A stretch of 64,000 nt of DNA from contig CM007991.1 of assembly GCA_002189035.1 (NCBI GenBank), forward strand, positions 2,666,001 to 2,730,000, given 5' to 3'. The notes under the pieces are model-generated. The model was not told where the DNA came from. It was given only the letters and a program-made list of their open reading frames with translations, and ran no database searches. Shown here piece after piece: positions 53,991-64,000 of this stretch. A program made the translations under genes and the position numbers. The DNA comes from Utricularia gibba (lineage: Eukaryota > Plantae > Magnoliophyta). Every line of letters begins with the position of its first letter. The first letter of the stretch is position 1.

Positions 53991-55953
53991 TGTTCGAAGC
54001 AAGTATCAGAGCTTCTGAAGAACGGAGGGTGCGGGAGAATGCTCTAGGGCTTAAGAGCTGGTCGCAATACAGGGCGCGAAGGCTTGCTTACAAAGAACAG
54101 AATGAGCTGAAACCTGAAACCATACTGAACGGAAGTGGGCCAAATGATTTGAGAAGCCCTAAAGGCCCAATAAATCCCCATATTTTTCCACAAATGAATA
54201 TTCAAATAATATTTGTAAAACATACCCCTAACTAACAAAGAAGATACTAGAATATTCCAAGTAATGTAAGAAGATGCAAGTAGAATGTAAATTGTCCAAG
54301 TAATGTAAGAATATGGTAAAGGATTCGTTATCTTGGTTTAATCTAATTATCTTATTGCAAATACCTTCGGGATCCATAATTATCAAATTTACATTAAATA
54401 TTTAGAAAAATATAGTAAAATAGTAACACATACACGTGCTTTGTCTAAGATCATAAATCAAAACACTATTACAGTAGTTGATAAGTTTTACACAAAAATT
54501 ATCAATAAAAATAAAAAGAGCTACAAAAGTCTTCATATATTGTACTTTGGACAATTTATAATCGAATAAATGAAAAACGCTTTAGACAAACTGAGTGCTC
54601 TTCAATAAAACTACGCGAAAAAGTATAATTTATGAATTATCAATATATATGAGTATGAGAAATCAATATTTTTTATAAATTAAGTTGGCATGAATGAATA
54701 AGTAATCCATTGGATGTTTTACAAAATTATACAATATAAGTTTTTTTTTTTCAAAAAATTTATAAATATAGCTAGATATATCTAGCTTTATTTTAAAAAA
54801 ATAATGATCATAAATCAAGACACTATTACATCTCCACAATATCCAAAAAAAAATGGGAATCTTGATAATGTGTTGAGGTGGGCATTTATAGGAGAGGTTG
54901 AATGTCTTGTTGGAAAAATATCTGGATAGATATTTTGTTGATGAGGCATGGCTAAGATCCTGAACCCTATATTTCCATAAAATATCTTAACAAATCTGGA
55001 TGTGATTGTTGGAGTAGATCTTTTCAAATCTTCAAATTACTTGGGGTCAATGTTTGAGCTCTAAATTGGTGCATTTTAATGTCCAAAATTATTGGGCTTT
55101 GATTGTTCTCATCTTCATCCAAAAATATCTTAAAAATTAATTTATAAAATATGTATTTTCTGGAATTAAATTAATAAAAAAACATAGATGAAAATTTTAA
55201 AAAATAATATTTTTGTATTATATCTTTGGTCGGGGAGACGAAGGATAAATATCAAAATTGGAGGTGTATTTTCTCGTCATCCGCAAATTCAACAAGGCTT
55301 TCATCGTCGCGAAATCTCAGCTGGATTGCCTCCTCGTTGACTTGGTGGGCAGTTGACTTTGTAGCATAACTGATATTGGAATTTTTAGTGCAGCTAATAT
55401 GAAATTCGTGGCTTACCTTTTGTTTTCTTTTGGGTATGAATTTGTAATGGCTTCGCTCATCTGTTGCCCGTCTTTTCAAATTTTACTCCTTTGAACTGGG
55501 AGCTCACGGAACATGAAGGCCAATTGGAGGATGAAATGGGTTTTTGAGTTTTGAGTGAGTTGGAGTCTGTATTATGTAGGCTCCTGTGCTATGGATTCTG
55601 CATAACTGAGTTGATAAGTTTTTTTTTTTTCTACTGTATGTTCCCAAGTGTTCATTTGTGGTAATAATTTTCGGTTGTGAAGCTTAATTTTTAATCGGTG
55701 CTATCAGATGAGTAGTTATGTCTTCATTGCTGCGTATTATACATGGAAATGCCACAATCTGGAGCTGGGGATTTGCTTGACATCATTTAGCTTTTGTCAG
55801 GATGAGAGGGCCACGACATCTTGTTGAAGTTACGGAAGGCTGGGAGGCGGTGAGGTTTTCTGTGAGATGGATGTTTGTATTGGTTGATATGTATACTATG
55901 AAGAAAAATATTTTCCATGCTTTCTATCAGTGGAGTGCGGTCCGTGGAACCTG

Positions 55954-57675
55954 ATGGCCAGTAGGGTTCTGTCACTTGGTAGCAAAAGCAAACAACTCAC
56001 GTCTCTTTTTTACTTATGGAGAATAATCATAGCAATGATGAACATGTAATTGACATTGTTGGTAGAAGTGATGCATCTTCATCAAGCTCAACTCATGCAA
56101 TCAATGGCGGGTTGGAGGAGCAATCTAATGAATTTCATTCATCTTCTAGTTCAGGAAGCCCTGTTTTTGAGCAAAGTAATGAATTTCAGTCATCTTCTAG
56201 TTCAAGAAGCCCTGTTTATGAGCCACCAGTCATTTTATCTGGGTTGGAGGAGCAGACTACAAGGGATAACTTGTCCCTGGCACGAGGTGGAAATAGCCAG
56301 GGCCGGCAAAGGAACACATTAAAGTCTGCTTTGTGGATATCACTGGATATATTGCTGAATGTGAGCCAGATTATTGCTGCCATTATCATTTTATATTTGT
56401 CAAAGAATGAGAAACCACGAGCACCTTTAAGAATTTGGATTTGGGGTTATGCCTCCGGCTGTTTTGGAATTCTCCCTCTTCAATTTTGGCGCTTTAAACA
56501 ACGAAACGTGGGCTCTGAACAGGATTCAACTCAAGGCCATGTCAGTCGGAGTAGTAGTGATATTGGCCCCTTTACAGGGAGAATCCGAGAAGGGGAAGAT
56601 TTCACCGATCTAGGTACCACTGATGCTGATGGTCAAGTCACTCCAAATCCAAGGTATTACCATTTTATTTCTTTCTAGCCCTTCCTGATTGTTGCATCAA
56701 ACCCCAGATGCATGTTTTTCAATATGTTGGCTTGCTGCTTTAGCGTCTTCGACTATCCATAAGATTCTTTATCAAGTCTCTGGCATGAAGAATGCTAGGG
56801 ATCAGGCAATTTTTCAATTCCATGATAAGCGATATTCCTTGTTTTGCGGATGCTGGTCATTAAACTGGGAAAAAAACCCCATGTCTACCGATGCTTGATG
56901 CTCTCTCAATGCATATACTTTGGTGTAGAATCAAGGCGTTTGTTGAGTATTGCAAGCTGGCTCTGGACTGCTTCTTTGCTATATGGTTTGTTGTGGGCAA
57001 TATTTGGATATTTGGATGGCACACATCAGCTGCTGAAGCTCCTTACCTGTACAGGTACCAGATGCACTTTTGCAACCATGCTCCCTGACTGAAACTTTTG
57101 TTTACCTTTCCATTTTTTTTCCTTTGCAGGTTGTGTATAGTATTTCTGGTCTTCAGCTGTATTGGGTACGCCATGCCTTTTATCCTCTGTGCCACCATCT
57201 GCTGCTGCCTCCCCTGCCTCTTATCTGTGATGGGGCTTCGAGAAGATTTCCCGCACAGCGGAGCAACTCAGGAGTCAATTAATTCTCTTCCCACTTATAA
57301 GTTCAAGCAGAACAAAGCCAAGAGCATTGCAGGTGCATATGGCATTGTGGCCGCTGGAACAGAAAAGGAGCGTGCTGTCTCCATAGAAGATGCAGTAAGC
57401 TTCATCACTCAAAACCCACCTTACATCCTCACTGCTCATCGGAGCTAACACTTGGTTGGCCTCCTCCCCAGGTCTGCTCAATTTGCCTGTCCAAGTACGT
57501 GAACAATGAGGAACTCCGTGAGCTCCCCTGCTCTCACTTCTTCCACAGAGCTTGCGTTGACAAATGGTTGAAAATCAACGCCTCATGTCCGCTCTGCAAA
57601 ACCGAGGTTGGTGAGACACTTCTTGCTTCGTTGACACAAGCAACCGCACGGCTTCGCCATCGCACACTGCTATGA
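55954..57675 (+). CDS. Membrane-anchored RING-H2 E3 ubiquitin ligase, 4 exons
   Basis: LWISLDILLNVSQIIAAIIILYLSKNEKPRAPL.IWI.GYASGC; CIGYAMPFILCATICCCLPC; RING-H2 CSICLSKYVNNEELRELPCSHFFHRACVDKWLKINASCPLCK. Sure in-frame ATG at 56016; ATG 55954 needs one added A. Confidence 0.88.
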
Positions 57676-59554
57676 ATTCCCTGTGCTGGAAGCAAGAAAC
57701 CAGAGCCTTTCTTTTCAGTTGTGCTGGTGAAAATGATGTACTTATTGTTCCACGAGAAAATCGATTAATAAAAATGGATGGATTGGCAAAGCCGTACTGG
57801 GCCCGTCAATTTGACTAGTGGGCCCATATAGTGATTTTGTGAGAAAAAAGAATTAGTTTTGATGCCGAGCCAAGATCTGGGTTTCGGGGTTTGGAGTTGT
57901 CGTTAACGATGAAGTGGTGAATAATTTGGTATATAATTTTCGATCATCGGTGATGCGATTCAGTTCTATCTCCGGCGGCGAAGAAGGAATTGGGGAATTG
58001 GAATGAATTCAATAGGCTTGGGCTTCGGTGCGGCAAGGGAAGCTGGGGATGTACGATCCTTGTGTAAGCGTTACTTCTCACGATTATCTCCGCGGAAATC
58101 AGGCCTCTGGTTTCCGGCATCTATCTTTGACCTGAACCCTTCTAGGGTTATCGTTCTATTTTTTGTCTTCTAGCCCGAGATTCCTCTCTCTGGGTTCACC
58201 CAAGAGCCATTCTGATGGCATTTCTGTCACTTTTTACGGAAGGAATCGAGGCTTGAGCACCACGAAGCGTAAGAATCAATTACAAGGGAATTTGGCTTTG
58301 GCATATTCCGTATACCATTCAAGAGGAAATAAAACACTAGAACTTTTGCAAATGAAGTCATAGGTAGTGTTCACGACTTGCCTTGGCTGTACATTTTTCT
58401 TGATAGAAAAAGTGGTGAAACTTGAGTGCTTTCACATCACAGTGCAGTGTAACAGGGCACCCCTTTTGTATTGAGAAAATTTGGGCATTTTCTTTCTGAT
58501 ACTTGGCCTCTTAGGTTTCAAACTGTTTCATTTCAATTCATCCTCGATGTATGTAGCTGCATTTGATTTTTGGAAGTGTGCATCTCTGAATTTGAAATTA
58601 GGGCTCATGAGGCATAACAAGAGCACAACAATTCTTAGAATTTTCCTTTCTGTAGGCATAGGGTGATTGGAGAAATGGAATTGTGTTTTTTTTTTTTTGG
58701 TGTGGTGTGGTGTAATGAGCCACGTTTGTGGTTGGTCAATGTTAGATGTGAATGCAGTTAATTCACTTTGTACTACTGATCTTGCAGCTTTTGATGAACT
58801 TGGAGTGGGGTCTGGTCTCCTTGTCACGGCAAAGCAAAGCTAGCTGTGAATTGTATGTAAGGTTCTTTCCTTCCTTTTTTTTTTAAAAAAAATTCACCTG
58901 AGTTTTCTTTTATTTTTCCCCTTCTTTTGGCGTGTATATCTCCTCTACAGTTCTGACACTTTTTAAAGGCATTTCATGTACCGGTGGTTGGTCCTTTTAA
59001 ATCTAGAAAATGTACATTCTAAATTCTAAAACTAAGAATTAGAACGTGAACAAATACTGTGTAATAAAACCACATTGGGAACCCCCATGCGTGTAATTAA
59101 AGTTCAACCAATCTAATTCTCTTTATTCGGGATGTTTGTGAATGTAGGTTTTCGTGGTTCATGATGTTGTATTTCAACAAACTAATTCATGGAGCACTGA
59201 TGATTGACTGTTGATTAGGGAAGAGTGTGGTGGGATGCAAGTACACTATGCAGAGGTGTATGCAGGCAATTCTGCTCTAGCTGTCATCTACCATATTCCC
59301 ACATCTTCTTCTCTTGGTGTTTAGCTACCAAGGGTTTCATCTCTTGGATTGGGAATGTATGTAGGTAGGTGTTGTTTTGCCTTGTTGGCTATTGATTACA
59401 ATGAGTGTGGTGGAATCACTCAGTAATATTATCATGCCATGAAAACACGAATTCTTGCTGCCTGTACCAAAATTACCCCTTAAAGCTGCCCCCGTACGAC
59501 CAACCATACTTGCATTCCAATTCAAACAAGAGACCATTTCCAATGCACATATCT

Positions 59555-59582
59555 TGTGTGTGTGTGTGTGTGTGTGTGTGTG
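59555..59582. repeat. (TG)14 microsatellite
   Basis: Direct reading. Confidence 0.95.
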
Positions 59583-60965
59583 GTGCAGATTCGTTCACAT
59601 GTTGCATAAGACGCTAAATACAAAAAGGGGGGCGTTGTCTGGTTGTCTTTGAGAAGACGTTGGAGGAGTGTGGGTGTTGTTAAGCCCAGAGCAAAGGGTG
59701 TTGGGGATATGGATGGAATATGGTGACACAAACAAGTGAGTGGTAATAAAAGGGGTGAGGGTGTGGGGGGGTCGACTAAGTAATTGCGTGAAGATGATGC
59801 ACAACTAACCTGGCGAGATGGGAAAGTTTATTAAATTGCAGTTACCCTAAAAAGACATGCCTGGCTGGCCCGACGTCCACTCCTCTCAGAATATGCTGAA
59901 GCCATTCCTCCATTCCCAGGCAGGGCTTACTTACTCTTCTTACTGCCAGACTAATATCCTAGAACGAGTGCACAACATGAGCTTAACACAGAGTGACCTC
60001 CTTATCATGAAATTTAAACTACAACCAGGAGAAGTGTTTAGGGGACACTTTTTTTTTTATCTGTAGCAGAAAGTTGGGTAGCGGGGGTGGCGGAAAAAGG
60101 AGGGCATCTTACCCTGATGCACTCACTCACAGTGAGATGCGTCCGTGGGCGAGACTCCCATCCAGGAAAAAAGGAACACATGAGCTTCAAAGAATAGCAA
60201 CCAGAGAAGCCACGTAGATGGGGAGGGCGTTGGCACGGGTTACTCATCAGAAAAAGGATGGATGGGTAGGTCATTGTATTTGGATTCGTTGGCCGTTCCA
60301 GATCAAGTGGTGTTAGATTGGAGAGTGTGGAATAGCTTCAGTGAAGACTGGGAAACCCTAAGGCGGGTAGGTAAACGGAAAAGACTGCAGTTTAGGTCTG
60401 GCTGTGCATTGTTTTCTTTAGGCCAGTTTAGATTATTTTTGAATGTTTTTGTTTATTGGTGGGATGATCATGCTACCCAAAAATCTTATCAATCACGCAC
60501 AAAATTAGGGTTTCTCGGCTGGGGGGTGGGGGTGGACCCCCCAAAGAAATCCCATTTTTTTACCGGCTCGTACGCGCCAATAGAGAAGCGGTGGTGAGTG
60601 CGTGGGGACCACCTCTCGACAACTGCAGTGACGTACACCATGCCGCTTGTCTGAGACGCGTGCATCCCACTCTCCCCTCCCGGCGCGTGGCTAGGGCTTT
60701 CTGAGCGAGGCCCAGATATGGCGTATCCTGATTGGATAACAGTTGCTTTCTCTTTCTTCACTTTCTACGATGCGTACGGATGCTGTTTTCTATTGTATTT
60801 GTTTTTCTTTTTCTTCTGTACTAGCGACACAGAAATGGGTGTGGAAAAGTTGCATTGGTATTTGTCCACAGTAAAAAGAAACAATTTGGATTAGTGTTTA
60901 CGCACAACCACTCCTGTCCACTCAGTCTCCTGTCTCCATTCCCCCTCCTTTCTTTTTCCCTCCTC

Positions 60966-60990
60966 CTCTCTCTCTCTCTCTCTCTCTCTC
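60966..60990 (+). repeat. (CT)n / GAGA-type tract at the probable EMF1 transcription start
   Basis: Direct reading. Followed by a GTGAG donor at about 61168, consistent with a non-coding first exon. Confidence 0.8.
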
Positions 60991-62063
60991 CACTTCTTCT
61001 CTCTACTTGCGATTTTTCTCCAGACCTAGAAGAAGTGGCTTCTAGGGCTTTTGATCCGATGACCAATCCCCTTCCATAAAACCTTCTTCTGTGGAAGCTC
61101 TACGGAACTCGGGCTTGTCTACTTGATGCGTCTTTTGAGGAATTCTTTTTCTTTTCTTGATGGGCTGGTGAGTTAGGCAAGTACTGATCTCGGGATTCCG
61201 GTGGTCAGAGGTTAGTTCTGTTGTTGTTCACTGTTGTTGATTATCCGAGATGGGTCGGTTTGATTGGTTTTGGAAATGGTGATTACTTTGTGAAGCTGCG
61301 GTAAAAACGGAATCTTGGGTGTCAAATCTGATGATTAGAGATGCTTATCTGAGTTTGTTTTGGAGTATTCTGGCCTTTGGTTTTGCTGGTTTACTGTCAG
61401 GTTGCTTTCCCTTTTTCTTATTTATGTATTTTAGCTAAATGGGTTTTTTGCCTATTTAAAAAAAATAACAAAAAAGTGGCGTTTTCATTTTCTTTGTTTT
61501 TCCTTTGAGTTTCCTCTTCTCTTGTTTTCCGGTTCCCTATAATTTGAAGTAAAGTTGCGAGCTTTAGTTGTTTCAGATGTGGTTACTTCTTGTGAAGTTG
61601 ATGAAGTGAACAGTTGTACTTCAATGGAACCCTAATACATTTTTATTTTACACTGATTTTGATAGGTATGGCTTAGTTCACAATCTTTTGTGCACGCCGA
61701 CTCAAATCTCAGATGCTGGTTCACTGTATTTTAGTTCAGAGGTGAAGGAGAGATTTTGATTTTCATGAAACCCTAAATTCACTTGACCTAATATTTGTTC
61801 CTCTTTGGTGCTCGCTTTACCTCTATCTCCCACCGTTGTGATCCTATAGATGCTAAAGATTACGACTGGGTTATTTTTGTTGTTGTCTTGTGTTGATACT
61901 CGAATAGGGTTTTCTCGACAGTCGATTACATTTCAGTTGGCAAGCATTGGATTGCTTTGCAGTCTAATATCACTTAGCTTGCCACTCTTGTCAGATTTGA
62001 GTTTTGCGAGCTCAGTTCTCACGAACCAATGTTTTAATGGGAACTGTAGTTTCCACATTCTAA

Positions 62064-64000
62064 ATGGACAAGAGCAATGTAGCAGTGGGAGAAAGTTCTC
62101 CAGCTTCTGCAACAAAATCCACAGTGTCGCATGTCCCCGTTGGCTCTATTGCTATAGACATCAGTTGCCCGGTGGAAGAAACGGAGCAAGCTCAACACGA
62201 TCATTTTTCGATACGGTGCGTGATTCTTCATTTTGCTGAGATTGTAGAAGAGGGGAATGAAACATCTACCATATGAGGTGTTGGCTTCTCTTTCTTTCTT
62301 TCTTGGTTTCCCTCGAGGAAACTGGCATGGTTTGAGAAATTTCTGTTGTGCATCGAATTCGAATATTTCTTGATAAAGTGCACTTATCTCAATCTTTGTA
62401 TGATAGCCACCTTGAAAGGTTGCAAGAGTTGATATGCTCTGATTTGGATGAACTAAACTCTTATCAGTAGATGAATGCTGTTACAAGAAATAGCTCTGAC
62501 ATGAGCTTATCTAACTTGGAGCCTTTGTCTATGAGGATGCAGTGGTTTTGTGGCTGGCGTGAGGAAGAAGAACATGAAGATGTGCTCTCTTTTCCCTTCT
62601 GAACTCGGGAATGATATATTGGCAAACGATCTGCCGATGCTGTTGGTTCCCAAGTTCCGTTGGTGGCAATGTTCAGAGTGCGTTCCAGGACTCAGTTCTT
62701 CAGAAACGGTGCGAATTAACCGGAACCATAATGCTTCCACCAGTTCTTACCACAATGCCGGTAAAAAAGGCTGTCCTTTTAACACTGGAACAGACAAATG
62801 ATCAGTATACTCATTACAAAAGAAAATGATCCAGTTGCTGCTATTACAATCATCTGATCATGCTTTTTTGTTTCCAAATGGTTGCTGTAACTTTTGGGAT
62901 CCTTCTGCAGGCAATAAGAAGCAGGCAGATGATAGTATGGCCGAAGAAAAGCAACACGATAATAGTAAGAATCTATCATACATGTTGAACTTTTCAAGCT
63001 GACTTGAAGGTTCAAGGCTTGTAGTAACAAACAATACTCCCTTTAGCAGATGCTGTCGATACAGCGTGCCGTTCCACTGGAGTTGATGGCCCTGAAAACG
63101 GATCCTCCGGAAGTGAAGGTGGATTTGCTGCAATACCGCCTAGGAGAAAGCTGAAGTTGAGGTATTTAGCAGATATATTGGAGGAGGGAAAGAACTCAGC
63201 AAGTGGGAATCTGAGAGCAGGATCTGCTTCGTCTAATGGAACACGCACAACATCTCTCACATTGGAGGATGATTTTAAGTTGCATGTTCTTTCAGAGGGT
63301 AGAAAAAGAGCACGAACTGTGCGGAGAAAAAAGAGGGCTGCTTCCATAGATGGAGAGGGGACTGGAGATCCAACTGATGCTGCTAAAAGATTGAAAAGGC
63401 ATGTTTCAGAGAAATCATCCAAGAGATTACAAGTTTCTGAATCAGAGGCAGAGACAGTTGCCTCCACAAGATTGGACTTGCAATATAGCTCAAGGAAAAA
63501 GCAGCTTATGACCAAGAAAAGCAACATTGTGCATACAACGAAAAGGAAAAGGCTGGTTAAAAATGACCCCAGATCAGTGGTTATGCGAACTGCCACCAAT
63601 TTAGGAAAGCATCTCGCTGCTTATGAATCTGGTTCTGGTAGTATGGTGCCGGGTGCTTCTATCTGTGGAGAAGAAACCGCTCCCTTGCTCAATGGAAACC
63701 ATGAATTATCAGATAGCAAAACAGCTAATGCTGCATCTTTCGATAGCTCTGGGGTGTCACCAAATACTAGCATCTCTGGACATTGCAATACACAAGACAA
63801 AGTAACATTGGACCTCTCTCTGGACAGCCATGGCAATGTCGAAAGAAACACTTCGAATGAGAATGAACAGCCATTCGTTGATCATAGGGGCATTCCAGAT
63901 TTGAATGAGGCAATTGTTGATTCACCTTCAGCAATTCAGGAGAGTCAGTTGCCTCCCTTTTCTGAGAAGAGTTTCCCTGAAAAAAAATGGGTATGCCAAG
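62064..64000 (+). CDS. EMF1: EMBRYONIC FLOWER 1-like Polycomb-associated protein, 5' part (runs off window)
   Basis: VGSIAIDIS...HDHFSIR|GFVAGVRKKNMKMCSLF...LPMLLVPKFRWWQCSEC matches the EMF1 N-terminal signature; later RRKLKLRYLADIL. Confidence 0.85.

Noticed and set aside
58373-58389. GACTTGCCTTGGCTG, pieces of miR169/miR169*
   Set aside because: Only partial matches, no full mature sequence or hairpin, and too little pairing for a target site.
59296-59308. TTCCCACATCT, resembling the snRNA USE element
   Set aside because: Imperfect match, no TATA at the expected spacing and no snRNA sequence downstream.
60028-60050. GAAGTGTTTAGGGGACAC, resembling miR395
   Set aside because: Several mismatches to the mature sequence and no convincing complementary arm.

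Overview
Gene-dense plant nuclear DNA, most likely a eudicot. By eye I find 18 spliced or single-exon protein genes in 64 kb (about 1 per 3.6 kb), with mostly 65-110 nt introns and no recognisable intact transposon, rRNA, tRNA or CRISPR. Gene order: ERD4/OSCA (3' part), X8-domain protein, CAT1 amino-acid transporter, AIR9, mito ribosomal mS34, PHB-type HD-ZIP III, PMP type-I membrane protein, Tic22-like, cytosolic glutathione reductase, VAMP72, chalcone synthase, Ran, Agenet/ENT protein, RRP47/C1D, LEUNIG, CCT7, RING-H2 E3, EMF1-like (5' part). The strongest cross-cutting signal is about 12 single-base deletions, all in short homopolymer runs, breaking 10 otherwise intact genes. This is best explained as long-read consensus error rather than pseudogenisation. 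Other signals worth checking: three GC-AG introns, a miR165/166 site split by an intron, chained stop-start uORFs before EMF1, a candidate 3'UTR intron in RRP47, an H-box-bearing degenerate repeat array behind CHS, and two promoter-bearing segments with no recognisable CDS. I found no convincing wholly new biological system. Exon boundaries were read manually, AIR9 exons were only partly checked, and homologue comparisons are from memory, not from searches.
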